This document shows positions 12,966-26,900 of a DNA stretch of 64,000 nt, piece by piece. Location: the NCBI GenBank assembly GCA_026026165.1, contig JAPEUD010000033.1, forward strand, positions 124,001 through 188,000, written 5' to 3'. The number at the start of each line of letters is the position of its first letter. The first letter of the stretch is position 1. Under the pieces are notes generated by a model, which saw nothing but the letters and a program-made list of their open reading frames with translations, had not been told where the DNA came from and searched no databases. The DNA comes from Sarea resinae (Eukaryota). The position numbers were made by a program, and so were the translations under genes.

Positions 12966-13344
12966 GGCCCCCCCAAATTGGGTGAGTTCCAGCTCGACCT
13001 CGGCGAGGCTTACCTCGTTCATTACCATGATTACCATACCTGCTCATCTATCCGCTCGACGAACTGATTTCCTTCCCAGGTCTCGGCTTCTAGGACATCA
13101 CATGGGGCCTACCAGTCCCCGAATATTTTCTGCTGAAGCCGTCCCACATTCACACCGTATCGATCTCTATGATCATGCTATTCGAGAGACAGGGCGAATA
13201 AGCGCGTGGTCTGTTCTCATTTTTTTTCTTCTTCTTTTCGAGGGAAAAGGGGAAATGCATTGGCGCGTTCCGTAATGATTTTGCCACACGATCGATCATA
13301 TGGATTCCATTCACTCATTCTTTCATTCATGACAAGATTTGAGC

Positions 13345-13402
13345 TTTACTTTTCTCTAATGTACTTTACTTTACTCTAGTCTACTTTACTTTTGCTTGCT
13401 TA

Positions 13403-13446
<44 letters not shown>

Positions 13447-14157
13447 CTAGCTGGAGTAGACTTTGGTTGTCTCTCTATCTTCAGCTTCATGTTTTTTACC
13501 ATGTTCATGTTCATGTTCACGGCCTTTTGCGTACGATCCCGTCGAGTGCTCTTCTTCCTGTCCTGCGTGCCGTGTCGTTGTTGTTATTGATGATGATCAC
13601 GAGTTTTGTAATACGCAGCCTACATCAGGTCGCCACCAATGTAGACATGGCTTCAGGGGCTTTCCATTCCACATGAGCGTTCTATTTCAGAACAGAAGGG
13701 GAGGCATTGAGCGAGGCAGGAAAAGGAAGAGCACGACTTTCGATAGATGGATGCAAGCCTTGTACGGGTCATGCATGTCTCCATACTATTTTTCATCGAT
13801 TGACGGCCTGCCTGCCTTGGGAGCAATTTCCTTTGTAACGAAATCCCACCTCCTTTTCTTTTTTACTTTTTTTTCCCTTCTCCTTGCTTCATTTTCCCAC
13901 TTCCACTTTGGCTTTCTCTGTCTTTCATCCTTTTCTGCCCCTTGACACTTTCTAATCCTCTCTTTTCTTTCTTTCCCCCTTGGCACTTTCTACCTCTCCC
14001 TCTCCCTCTCTTCTTTTTTCCCTTTTTCCCTCTCTGCAACTTCTCCCCTTTCTTTCTTGCTTTCTACTCAAGAATCCACAATCACGAAAGCGTGCGTGCG
14101 TGCGTGCGGGCAAGGCGAGGCGAGGATAGGCGACCCATGATAGCAATGACCCCTTTT

Positions 14158-14188
<31 letters not shown>

Positions 14189-14230
14189 CCATCCATCTGC
14201 CTATCTATTCTACTCCTACTCCTACTTCTT
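13345..14230. repeat. Microsatellite / polypyrimidine patchwork in convergent intergenic region
   Basis: (TTTAC)n, (GCCT)n ~13402-13447, (CATGTT)n, long C/T tracts, (GCGT)n, (CCAT)n. Confidence 0.9.
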
Positions 14231-14702
14231 GCAATCAATCGAGCAATTACACATTAATACGTGGAACGCATTGCATGCAAGCAGTTCGAGCAAGCCCGTG
14301 CGTGAAGGGGCCAATGCCATAATTGAAATTGATCTCTACCTGGCCCTATTGCGTGATATGGTGGTAGCGGGTAATAGTGGTGGGATGGTGGTGTGGATAT
14401 GGGAATGGGAATGAGCAACCGGGGGTAGCGAATAGGGTATATGTGATCGGATTTTTGTAAGTGTAATTGTACGCCTCTCAACACGTCACACGCGCGGCCA
14501 GCCAGTACCGGGGCCGATTGATTCGTAGAGCCCGAAACACATAGACTAGATATATCTCAGAGCAATGGATTCTCTCAGATCCATGTGGCCGCGCCGTTGC
14601 CGGAAGCGTATCGATATAAGCGCGCTCGAATAATATACAGCGATAGAAGCAAAGGAAAAAAACAAAAAAAGAAAAAAAAAAGACGAGCCCGGTATAGAGA
14701 GA

Positions 14703-15803
14703 TCACCAGGAATAGTATTGCCGCTGTGCGGTGACGGGCCGGTCAGGCAGTGGAACCCACAGTTTCCGGTTATACCGCTTCTGCGCCTGCTCTTCCGACA
14801 ATCTGATCCTCGTCGCTTCTTCCTTCAGCACTACGGAGATGCCTGTGCATTGTCAGTCAGGCGTTTGGGTCGAGCCAGCCGCAAGAAAAGGAGTGCGCGG
14901 GGGGATACATACTGGTATATGGCAAGCGTAGGATATCGATTCTTCCTCTAGCACGCTTCAAGGGTTTGGCGCCATAGGTGCCCCGGCCGACCCAGGCTTG
15001 GTCAATGTACATGCTCGTCCGATCCGTCACTACCTTTCTCTTTCCATCCTTCAGTTCAATTTCGGTCTTCTGGCCCTTGGTGCCTTCGACTTCACCCAAG
15101 CCCATACCCCGCTTGACGATGGCCTCGTTCCTGGCGTGCTCCAGGTGCTCCTTGACATCCTTGGCGGCCTTTTTCTTGCTGAACCGCATCTGCACAATGG
15201 CATCCTCGAGGCTCTTTCCCTGGATCTGGCGCGCGAGCGGACCGAGCTTCTTGACGCTCGTCTTGATGAAGTGCGACTTGGTCAAGTTCTCGCGCTCGGT
15301 GCGCTTGATCTTCTCCGTCTTGCTCAGACGGCCGCGGCCGTGGATGTCTCGGATGACCATCTTGCGCTCCCAGCGCTTGCGATTCGCTGGGTCTGGGTCC
15401 AGGACGGCGGCCATGCTCTGTGGATCCCGCGTCGTGGGCCCCATGGCCTTCCGACGAACGCGTTGGCCGGCATCCTCCTCTTCCTCGAAAATGGAGCTCG
15501 AGGCGAGGTCACCACGAACGAGTTCTGGTTCCGCGGCAGGTTTTCGTTTAAGGTGCTCGGCCGTTATGGGGTTGTCGAGGCCTCCGTCTTGGGGACGTCT
15601 GGGGTTGCGGCGGAAGAGGCCGAGGAACGTCCGACGCTGCGACAGGGTGGACGAGAGAGAAGTCAGGAGGAAAGGGGAGGCGGGTGAGGAGCTCAGGTTC
15701 ACGGCTGGAAGGGTGGTCAGTATAGAGAATTGAGCTTCGAGGCCAAAGCGTCCATCCACTTACCCGCTCGGGCCAATCGCGTGGAAGGTGCTGGTAAAGT
15801 CAT
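14703..15803 (-). CDS. MRPL22: Mitochondrial large-subunit ribosomal protein uL22m
   Basis: Exons 15803-15764, 15704-14913, 14842-14703; KTSVKKLGPLARQIQGK..AIVQMRFSKKKAA..YIDQAWVGRG..RARGR..PYTSISVVLKEE. Confidence 0.93.
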
Positions 15804-15890
15804 GGTATTGCGGTGATCATGAGGGTGGGGGAGAGGGCCCTCAACCAACAATACACGGCTGACTTGAGTGGTCGTTCGTGGACGTTGGCG

Positions 15891-15891
15891 G

Positions 15892-15941
<50 letters not shown>
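15891..15941. repeat. (TGA/CAT)n trinucleotide microsatellite upstream of MRPL22
   Basis: About 17 perfect GAT units ~90 nt upstream of the MRPL22 ATG. Confidence 0.95.
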
Positions 15942-16047
15942 GGAGCTAGGATGAAGATGAGATCCGAATATCACAAATGTTCGTTGTTCTGAAAGAGGTT
16001 AGACTGGGTCGGAGACGAGAGTGCGGTACGAGGGAGAAAGTACTCAA

Positions 16048-16155
16048 TCACGTGATGTGGTCGCGTGTGCTGATCTATCCGGCAGGAAGGCGCACGCGAG
16101 GGCATACTGCTCGGAGTGCCTTGTACCATGTACCATCGTACGCTCTGCACGTGAC
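16048..16155. promoter_or_regulatory. Two CACGTG E-boxes (Cbf1-type bHLH sites) in the MRPL22/PRP24 divergent region
   Basis: TCACGTGA at 16048-16055 and CACGTGAC at 16148-16155; function inferred only. Confidence 0.4.
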
Positions 16156-18487
16156 TACCTACTAGGTACCAGCCTTACTGCAGTACGTACGTACTCATGT
16201 TTCGGTCTGGCGTGTGTTTCAGCTCTCAGCTGTTTCCAGCAAAGCCTCGGGACCGAACCGACACGCATCTCTGTCGTTGCTTTCCGACGCACCTCATGGT
16301 CGTGCTTGCTTCGGCATGCTGGCCTCGGGCTTGCCTCCAGCTCTCCAGCTACCTTGCCTCTGCCTCACCTCGGCCTTGCCTTGCCTTGCCCTACCGTCCG
16401 CACCAGATAAGGTACCTACCATGTACTTCATACCTGACTCTACGCCACGGTACCGTTCCGCCCATCCTCGGCCTCCTCCACGGTCTTACGGGGAGCATGG
16501 GAGCAGAGCAACCTGGGAGTGCAGAGAAGCCGCTTGAGCGCGCGTCATGGCCGCGGTGCAGATGAATGAGAGGCAGCTCCAGAGCAAATCAGATAATGTG
16601 CAATCCCAAGCACAAGTACTCCCAGGTAGCGGCATCGTACCATCTCGCGCCGCACCTTTCGAGCCCCATTCGGGAGAACCACTTTTCTCTCCTCTGATCG
16701 ACGATCGATCAGTCTCGACTCGACTCTGACGCAGGGAGTCGAGGGACCGAAGGCCAACACGACGGAAGACTCCGTCCGTCGGGGATATCGTGGCGGTGCA
16801 GCGCAGACGGGAGGCTCCTTGAACCTCATCATTTCCGTGACACCGTGACACCGTGACACCTCATCCCCGTCATGAGGGGCCTGGGCCGGTGTCCTCTTGG
16901 AGGCTTGTCGCCTCGAACCCCGACGCTCTCTGTCTACTACATAGTACTCCGGAGTGGGTATCGACCTGACCCTGAGCCGACGAGGGAAAAAGAGGTAGGG
17001 AAGAGCATTCTGTCCGTGCCTACCATGTAGGTGGAAGCTTCTTAGCACGGCGACTAATGTAAGGCGACGGTGCTTGTACAACATCTCGTCGTTTTGCGTG
17101 CACATGGATCGAGCAGGTATCTCTCGTCGTCTGGCCGCTACGTAGCAGAAGCCGACAAACGCCGCCGAAGCGAATGAGACGACCACGTTCAACTTTCCGA
17201 CAGGTATCTGATGCCGTCCTGTCGAAGTGGCTGCCTGAGGTCGCTCTCTCGTGCATCGAGAGGAGAGAGAGAGGAGAGAGAGGAGAGAGAGGAGAGAGAG
17301 GAGGTTCGTTCTTGCTTCTTGTGTTGCTTCTCTCACCTCCCTCGATCCGCGTCCACTGCCATTGCGACAGAAACGAAGGCTTCGAAGAATCGAAAGAACC
17401 TTCAGGTAGGTTGGAATCCCTGCGGTCGCATACATCATTCCCGCTGATGATCCCCGTCCCCACGCTACCGTCCAGTAGGGGTTTTGGCTCGATGCACCCG
17501 ACTCTAGAGTAGGTACTCTGTCCTCTGTCATTACTCTGGTAGGCCAAGTAGGTAGTCGTCGGACTCCGAGGAGTGCCCGAATAGCGAAGACGGGAGAATC
17601 TGTCAGTTGCGCGCCGAGATCTCTCCAAGGCCGCCCAAGTAGGGAATGAGGTCGGATTGTTCTTCTTCTTGTGATGATCACTCGAGATATTCCCGTAAGG
17701 GGCCGGAAAGACGACGGCAGCGAGAATGGTAATACTCTGGTCGAGTAAGATGGAATTGAAAATCTCAAGCGCGCATCATGGATCCCATCACGCTGGTGCC
17801 GCGCAACGCACCGCCCGTTTCCGTCGTACGCCGTGCACGACATCCGCGGATTGCTCTCAGTTCGACCGTGTACCTTAGCATCCATACTGAAGTACATACC
17901 TACCTACCCTCCGCAGTCCTCGTAGGCCGTAGTAAAGTAGTAGTCGAAGTAGTCGTAGTCAAACCTTCCCTACTTGCCTTACTTGCCCTACCTACCTACC
18001 TACCTACCTACCCACCTACCTTACTTTTCACCTTGCACTCATCCATCACCACCGACTGCTGCATACATCCATCCATACATCCCATCCACCTCACCTTGCG
18101 GTTTCCGTCTTACATGGTAGTACCGTCACGAGTACTGCTGCGACAACGGCGTCTGCTGTCGCTCTCTCTGCTCCTGCCCGTTGCGGTTCATCCCGTTTGC
18201 TGCGTCCATCGTTCCTGCCATCAGTCAGCAGCCGTCATCACAAACAGCCGTCTTCTTGCACACTGACCTGCCTGCCTGGCTGAGGACCAGAAACCAACCA
18301 ACCAGCCTTACGACGACCACGACCACGACCACCTCCACTACTCCGCATCTAGCCACCTTGCCGGCCAGGATTACCCCATCAACAGCGTCGGTCGTCCTTT
18401 CCATCTCCGCCATCGTCGTCATTGCATGGCGCGGAAGCATTTCATGATCCATCGGGACGCGACGTCCCCGTGAGAGAGTCTTCCATC

Positions 18488-21400
18488 ATGGATATCAACT
18501 CGTTACTGTCGCCCGACGAATCCCCGATCAATCATAACAGTGCGACCCCGCCGGCGGTCCAGAACAACAATAACCCTGTCCCCGCCAAACCCCGTCGAAC
18601 GACGACGTCCTCGTCCCTTGCTTCTCAAGTCACCTCGTCATCCCACCACCAATCGACCGCCGCACCGCCGGTGCTCCCACATAATGCCGTTGCCCAGGCC
18701 CAGCAGATCATGCCTTCGCCGCCCGTCCTAAGTCCAAATAACGGGAGAATCCAGAGCACGACCAGCACGCCTCCAGCCGATGCTCGAAACCTGGTTCGAC
18801 AGCCATCGACGCCGGGCATGGATACCTTGGCCGAACTTGCCTCGATGCAGCATCACCAACAGACCGCGAGGTCTAATGCCAGCGGCCTCCGCAGTGCCGA
18901 GGTGTTCGACTCTCAACTCTCTCCTTCCACCATGTATCCGGGCTTACACACCAATTCACGGACGAGAGCGAATGCGCGTTCGCCGAGAGAGCTCGCGATG
19001 ACGGATGTACCGGCGGAGACTCCTCCGCCGAGGAAGTTTGTCGCCAAGTCGCTTTCGAAGACCGATCTAGAGACCGTTGCGCAACTCTTTGCTTACCTGA
19101 GCGACAATCCGTACGCCTATGAATATCATGTGCAGCTCATCAATCTGCTTCACCAAGGTTTTGTCTCTCATCTATACCCGTCCAGCTCACCGGACACTCC
19201 TGGGGATCCTCGTGAATATGGTCTTCTCGGTGATTTGCGCGCCGCGAGGGAGACGATGGAGTCGAAATTCCCTGTCGGGGAGGACCTCTGGGCGAACTGG
19301 ATCGAGGATGAAAGTATATTGGCCAACTCTATCGAGGATCGAATTGCAGTCATGGAGCTGTGCCAGAGAGCCGTCGAGGAAGAAATGAACAGTACGAAGC
19401 TATGGTTGCTCTACGGTAATTGGGTGACATCTCTGTACAAAGCTGCGCATCACAAATCCGATGACGACGAACTTATGGAAGATGCGGTAGCAGGCGCCAG
19501 CTGGTCAGAAGAGGACAGGATGGTGGGCAGAGAGGTTTTCACGTGGCAGACGGCACTCGACGTTTGGCAGCAGGGAACTAGGGCGACCGAATGGAGGATG
19601 AACGACAGCCACCTGATCTGGAACCGATATACTGAAATGTTGGTGGATGAGATTGCAGATGCTGCAACACCGGACAAAGTGGGCACTCTGGAAGCCCATT
19701 TTCTCGCCAGACTCCAGACACCGCATTCTGCCTGGGACGAAACCTTTCAAGCTTTTTCTACTTTCGTTTCCACCCACGACAGTGCTGCGTATGAGGATAT
19801 CATGGTCACCACGAAAAAAAGGGCCGCCGACGGTCGAGAGCAATACGCATTGCGCGAGACATTTGAAGTCCAGCTCGAAAGAGCTGCGGCTGCGGGCGAT
19901 CGCGATGCTGAATGGCTCACATTCTCCGAGTACCTCGAGTGGGAGCAGAAACAGAAGAACGTCAAAACGGTCGGCTTCAGCCCCAAACTCTGCGGTGCCC
20001 TGTACGAACGAGCGTTACTTCGGTTTCCTACAGATGCCGGGTTTTGGGAAGACTATGTGGGATTCATCCTTGACCAATCGTACAACGGTGGCTCCTCGCA
20101 GATTGCTCCGCTGACAATGACGGAAAGAGCGACGAGGCATTGTCCGTGGTCAGGCGCTTTATGGTCTCAATATATCTTCACCTGTGAGAGAGAAGGACGC
20201 TCCTTCCAGGAGATCGAAGACATCAAGCACAAAGCGACAAGCAGAGGTCTTCTCGATATCGGTACCATGGAGGAGGTATTGCAGGTCTATAGCGCGTGGT
20301 GCAGTTTTCTTAGGCGACGTGCATTCCTTCAAGACGCCACCGATGAAGACTTGGATGTTGCCGAGGTGGGCCTGCGGTCAGCGCTAGAGACGGCACGGAA
20401 CATTGGAGAAAAGAAACACGGCCAAGATTACGAGGGCGATCCGGCTTATCGGCTGGAGCGAATCTACATCAAATTTCTATGCCAGAGTAAGAGTTGGGAT
20501 AGCGCTCGGGAATTCTGGCAGTCTTTAGTTCCTGCTAGAGGCGATAGCTGGGAGTTCTGGCACCGGTATTATATGTGGGAGATGATTACCTGGGGAAAGA
20601 TGTCCAGCGCTTTCGCGACCACCAACGAAAGAAAGTTGCCGAACCCATCTTATGCGACGGCGGTGCTAAGGCAAGGTCTCGGCAGAAAGAACATCGACTG
20701 GCCAGAGAAAATGATAGAATCCTACATTCATCACTGCCAGCAACACGAAGAGGTAGAAGAGCTTCAAGAAGCCATGATAGTGTCTCGGAACGCGACAAAG
20801 GAAGTTCTGAAGCGTCGGCAGAGGGAAACCGCCGAAGCCGCGGAGGCTGCTCTCAAGAACGAACCGCAACCGGAGGCTCCCCATGGAACCGTTGAGAATC
20901 TCGCCAGCGGTAAGAGGAAGCGGGAAAAAACTTCCGAGACTGCGGAAGGTTCGGCCAGTAAGAGGACACGAGCCGATGACACACCTGATGATCCGCAGGT
21001 TGAGCAGCAGCCAGCTTCGGCCGCTTCTCCCGTGAAACGAGATCGGGAGAATACCACGGCCATCGTAAGAAATCTTCCTGGGGATGCCACCGAGCTCAGA
21101 GTCCGGCAATTCTTCCGAGACGTGAGTAGACTGAATGTTTTATCTTCGCGTACTTTCTTGCTAACTTGGTGGTCGTCAGTGCGGCACGATTCATAGTCTC
21201 AAATTGATACCAGAAGATAACGGAAATTCTGCGACTGCAACGATTGAATTCGAATCCAAGGAGGACGTCCTCGCCGCTCAGACAAGAGACATGAAAGTGT
21301 TCCATGGCAGTTCAATCGAAGTCCAAATCGGCACCGGCTCGACTATCTTTGTAACCAATTTCCCCCCAACAGCTGACGAAGCGTATATTCGAGAACTCTT

Positions 21401-22652
21401 TCAAGAAGTAAGTTTTTCTACCTCAAATAATGAGATGTCGCTGACTTGATAGTATGGTGAAATTATCGACGTACGCTTCCCATCACTGAAGTACAATACC
21501 CACCGACGCTTCTGCTACGTTCAATTCAAATCGTCGAGTCAGGCTCACGCTGCAACGCAGCTGCACGGAAAGTCCTTGGGCGATAAGCAAAAGCTAGTCG
21601 TCCGGGTCTCGGATCCTAGTCACAAACAGAGTCGTACTGGCCCAGTCTACGAAGGCCGAGAGCTCTTCCTTTCAAACCTGGACTGGGATGTGACTGAGGA
21701 TGAGATCAGCCAGATCTTTTCCAAATTTGGGACCGTGGAAAAAGTTCGCCTTCCTAGGAATATCTCCGGAAAGAGTAAGGGCATGGCTTTTGTGGTATTT
21801 TCTTCCAAGGTGAATCCTCACCGGCTGTTTCTTGATTTGATAAGTTGCTGATGATGGCCACAGGATGAGGCAACTGCGGCCTTGGAATTGAATCTCATCA
21901 AGCTAAAATCTCGCCTGTTGAACGTATCGATATCAGAACCGAATCCTGCAAAACGCCAAGCCGCCACCATCATTACGAAAACTCCGACGCCAGAACCAAA
22001 TGCACCCGATCAGCAGCAGATCAACGGAGATGTACATGCGTCACTCTCGCCCCCTCCTACATTACCATCCTCATCCGCGTCGTCAAGGGACATACGATCC
22101 CGGACCATCGCATTACTAAACATTCCAGACACCGTCAACGATGCCAGGATTCGCACCCTTATGGAACCATATGGCCCGCTTGTAAAGATCGTACTTCGAC
22201 CGGATCATCGGGGAGCGATTGTCGAATTCAAAGACGTGAAAGATGCTGGAAAAGCCTCACTCAGCGTAGACGGGCACGAGATCGCACCTGGAAGGAAAAT
22301 AGGCGTTGGCTCAGTGGCAGAATTGATGAAGCAGGAGGCAGAGATGAAACCCAAAGATCAATTACCTGGTGGCGGTGGGCAGAAGAAGCAGGATGTAATT
22401 GGAAATGGAGACCACAGCAGGGGCAGCTTACCTTTGTCATCATCCATGCCCATCAGGAGGCCTGGACAACCTGCCGGCCGGCGGGGAAGGGGAGGCTTGG
22501 GAGTTAAAAGGAATGGGATTGGGCGGGGGGGACTGAGAGCAAATGAAGAACATACTGACGGAAAGGAGGCCCAAACGGACGCGCACCCGGAAATCGAGTC
22601 GGGTGGCAAGAAGAACAATGCGGATTTCAAGGCCATGTTTCTGGGCAATTAA
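18488..22652 (+). CDS. PRP24: U4/U6 snRNP recycling factor Prp24/SART3-like (HAT repeats + RRMs + C-terminal LSm-binding motif)
   Basis: Introns 21122-21179, 21408-21452, 21810-21863; HAT region (LYERALLRFP..FWEDY, ERATRHCPWSGALW), RRMs (IFVTNFPP, RFPSLKYNTHRRFCYVQF, LFLSNL), C-terminal KNNADFKAMFL. Confidence 0.93.
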
Positions 22653-23167
22653 GGGACCCCTCTATTGAGAGGGCTTGCTGGTTCGCAAGACGGTTGATGA
22701 GTCTTGCTTAGGCGCTTTTGGGCTGGAAGAGGGCGGAGAGGGCGGGGGAGGGGAAGGCTTGCATATATGGCGTTCATGAATCGGATTAACGCATTGCACC
22801 GCCTGGGAAGGGCCACGTGCTCTGTGTGCTATTATACCTCGGGCGCCTATCAAGGCTGTTAGAATTCAGACATCTTGTGAGAGAGACATGACTTTTGGCT
22901 GAGTGAGTGAACCTGTGAAGGTGGTGTAGGTTGAAGATATTGAGCCCGTGTTTGGCGCTCTTAGGATATCTGTTGTTAAAGGCGGGAGACGTTATCGTGG
23001 CACGGCCAAGGGCATTTGCACCATTTGCACTGTTTGTATACTGTTTGTGTACTGTTTGCACGGTTTGTGTCTCGGGCATCTTCCCAATGCAGCCTTCGTT
23101 CACCGCGACGGGCTCCACCGCTTCCATCGCTTCCCTCGCTTCCTCAAGCGAGGACAGGTCTCTCGCC

Positions 23168-23175
23168 TATATAAG
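23168..23175 (+). promoter_or_regulatory. TATA box of U1 snRNA gene
   Basis: TATATAAG about 50 nt upstream of the U1 5' end, followed by a pyrimidine-rich spacer. Confidence 0.7.
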
Positions 23176-23220
23176 AGCCCGTCCGGCCGCTCTTCTTCCG
23201 GTTCTTTTCTTTTCTTCTTC

Positions 23221-23361
23221 ATACTTACCTTGTGGGGGCGGCCATGATCAAAAAGATGGTTTAGCCAGCTGAGACTCACCCTGCATTGCACAGCGCGGTT
23301 TGGTGGTCTTGCTTGAGTGTCCTTCGGGGCCCTCGGTCGCGCAATTTTTGATTTCATCCAC
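23221..23361 (+). ncRNA. U1: U1 spliceosomal snRNA
   Basis: 5' ATACTTACCT; stem-loop I GGCCAT-GATCAAAAAG-ATGGTT (U1-70K loop); ATTGCAC U1A loop; stem-loop III with cTTCGg; closing helix TGTG/CGCA; Sm site AATTTTTG 23343-23350; T-run downstream; exact 3' end uncertain. Confidence 0.93.
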
Positions 23362-23909
23362 TTTTTTTTTTCTTTTTCACTGGTTGGTGCTCGCCTTGGG
23401 CGGGTCGCTGGGGAAGAATCTTATCTACCATCTATCATGAGCGGGACTGGATGACTTTTTGTGATCTGTAATCTTATAACCATTGAGACATGCTTGTTTA
23501 TGCTTCACTAATTGCTGGAGGAAATAGTGGTAATAATAGTGTTTGGCCTATCTTTCGAATGTTATTGAGCTGAGCGATGGTTCAAACTTCTGAACGTTTA
23601 ATGGGTTCTTTACGGCTTGCACGTTCATTCCTAAGTTGGGCGGATGCAGGTGTTGCGAGAAGATCGCGTGCAGTCGTGGTGATATGCATCAGCTAGGCTG
23701 CTGACGTAGATCATCAAGTATCGTAGTCATTGTTATTCCGAAATGCTACGTCTGACCACACTGATCCTGTGCAGCTCTCCAGCTATCATCGTATAGGTTT
23801 CAAACCTCGAAAGGGCAGCATCAAGATCAAGAGAGGTTGAACAGGCCCTCCACACGTCTTGGCAACCTGGCCTCATCGGCCATATCACCAAGACACCCAC
23901 CCATCCTGC

Positions 23910-26900
23910 TCAATACCAGACTCGATTGTTCACAGCTTCCTTCCCCTCAGGCGTCTTCCCAAAACGCTTGACGACCAGAGCCCGAACCCAATATCCAGCC
24001 TCTCTCATCCATTCTATCGCCCTCCCGGCCCTCTTCTTCGTTCTTCCAGAGTTCCATCTCTTCACGCGGAAGACGTAATACAATACCACGGCCGCAAATA
24101 TGTTAAAGATGACGAACGCCCACAAGATGGCGAAGTACGGCCATCGTTGCTGCCAGTAGATTTCCGACCCGGCGAGATACTGATCTGCCACTCTGAGGAC
24201 GCAATACTGGCATCCCGATTTTGCGGTTGGGTTCTCGAGGCGACCTCCAGCTTCTTGCAGGAAGACAGCCATATACGAGCCGCAGGTCTGCCCCGAGGGC
24301 GGATTGAAGATGCTCAGTTCCTTCGACGAACAATCGACCGCTCGGTCGTGCAATCCCGTCGCTACGATTCCAGCAATGTGATATGTCAGAGGCGACACAC
24401 GATACATGAAGAGCCAGAACTTCGGCAGCGCGGTCGGAGGCTGCAATACGCCGTTGAAGCTGAGAATGAGCGCAAAGAGCAACGTCGCCACATTTCCGGC
24501 GGTCTCGGCATCTGGCAGGGCGGCGATAATCATGTGCGCAAAAGTGGAGGTGAAGACGAAAAATTGGATCGTGTATAGTAGAATCAGACCCTGACGCTGG
24601 GAAGACTGGATGCCGAAGATGGCGTAATAATAGCTGACGAATGTGAGGATACCTGCAAAGATCTGATACGGAATCTCGACGAGGATGTTGGCCATGATGA
24701 AGGCCTTCCACGTGTAGGCCTTTGACGGCCTTTCTCGCACCTCGTACAACGAACGTTGCGTCACAAAGCGGGGCATGATCTTGGAAGCGCCAATCAGTAA
24801 TGACATAAGATGCATTCCACATTTGAATGGTGCTCACCTGCTGGGCGAGCTCGCTCATTATGGACGTTAGCATGAACACGCTAAAGATTACATTCTGGAG
24901 ACCTTGTACAGAGTTGTTCGATTGGAAGAAGGAAAAGCCGATGAAACTGTGGACCGTTAGCTTGTATCGCTTTCACGGTATGCTTCCCTTACAGAGCAGA
25001 GAACACGCTGAGGATTATTTTTCCCCAGACGTAAGAAGGCTCCCGCCAGTACTGCTGGAAGACGCGGATGGTAACATGTAGGAGCTGATGTGTAAACGGC
25101 ATGGCGTATTCGCGTCGTCCTTGCTTGGTATCTCTTCCAACTGCGATAGCCGCCGTCGTCTTATGCAGACGATCAAGCTCGACCTGGACATTGTCATGTT
25201 CAACACTCGACTTCCATACCTCAGGCCAATCTTGCTCTGATCTACCGGAAGGGCCAGCCCCAACCATCTCCAGGATATATTCGGCGGGGTTCTCCGAGTC
25301 CCCGCACTGGCGAGCTCCCCGCTTCTCGAAATACTCCAATAGCGTCTTTGAATTGGGGCCGATATCTCCAAAGTAGACTGTCTTGCCTCCCTTGGCAAGG
25401 AACAGCAGCTGATCAAATTCCTGGAAGATTAATGAGCTGGGCTGATGTATAGTACTCAAAACCGCCTGCCCGTTGTTGGCTAATTTCCGAAGGAAAGCGA
25501 CGATTGCCCATGCACTTTGGGAATCGAGTCCACTTGTCGGCTCATCCAGGAAGAGCAGCAGGGCCGGTTTGGCTGCCAGTTCAACTCCAATTGTCAGAAG
25601 CTTCCGTTGTTCGACATTGAGGCCCTCGCCCGGTACTCCAACCACAGCCTCTGCGAATTCCTCCATATTCAGCATCCCTATAACATCCTCTACATACTCG
25701 TACTTTTCCTTCTTCGTTACAGTCTTGGGTTGGCGGAGCAGCGCACTGAATCGAAGTGCTTCACGAACGGTGGAAGTTGCCAGGTGGAGATCCTGCTGCT
25801 GGACATAGCCGGTTTTACGCTGGAAGCTTGAGTCGAGAGGTTTTCCATTGACTAGCATATCGCCAGTAACGATACCAACTGATGTCCGCTGAGCCAGGAC
25901 GTCCAAAAGTGTGGTTTTACCCTATAAAAGGATCACGTTAGTTCGATTGGGGCTCGATTAGGAAAAGCACATACCGCGCCTGAGACCCCCATTAGGCTCG
26001 TCAAAGTACCAGGCTTAACCCATCCGGAGATATGATCCAATATTCTCCGGGGCTCCCCTTTGATCCGAATGTCATACACGACGTTCCTCCAAGTGAAGAT
26101 ATCTTTCTGAGACGGCAAAATCCGCACATGTCCATCCAGAACTTCCGCCTGCGTCGCGTTTGGTTTCTGGGAATCTATTTCTTGGTCTCCCTTTTCCCCT
26201 CCTCTCTTCGCCCGCTGCAAGAAACTCGGCAAATGGTTGCGTCTGAAAACCAAGACTTCCGCACTTGATGACGTTGAGGTGTTGAACTCCGAGATAACGA
26301 GATAGAGGGCTAAGAAGAACAGGAAGAATGCAAATAGAAAACCTAGATTACGCCAAATATGGGAGTAGCTGTATCCATAATTGGCCTCCAGGAAAGCATC
26401 ACCGGAGACGAATGTTTGTCCAGCAACGGCGCCGGGGACAGCGCAGATATACGATTGACCGGGAGAGTTCGCATAGTCAGGTACGAGCTGGGAGTCTCCG
26501 CAGGGGAAGTTTACTCCGTGCAATTCGTTGACGAAGAGGGCTTCGAAAGCGTATGCGATGGGATTGATCCAACTGATCCATTTGAACCATGGATGCATCA
26601 AGGGCCTCGGAATTGTGAATCCGGTATAGATCACAATTGCCAGCACCGTTATACCCGCTATCGACATGGCGTGGGATACGGTCTTGGTTGACGCCGCAAT
26701 AGTACGGAAGATGATGGACATGGTCAGCGTCCCAACGTAGCTGAACAGGAAGAATATAAAGAATTGAGACGGTTCCCGACGCAGGCCAGCCAAGAAGTAT
26801 AGAATAATATTGAAGCAGGCGATGATAACGAATTTGAGTGGGAAATCGGAGACTAGACCAGCCAAGGCCTCAACAAACGGATGGTAGAAGGCATATGAAG

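Noticed and set aside
15717..15974. Poly-His ORF
   Set aside because: Translation of a (CAT)n microsatellite upstream of the MRPL22 ATG; non-ATG start
16545..17897. 450-aa minus-strand ORF between MRPL22 and PRP24
   Set aside because: No recognisable domain; Arg/Ser-rich, runs through simple repeats (GAGAGGAGA, CCGTGACA); likely a chance ORF in GC-rich regulatory DNA
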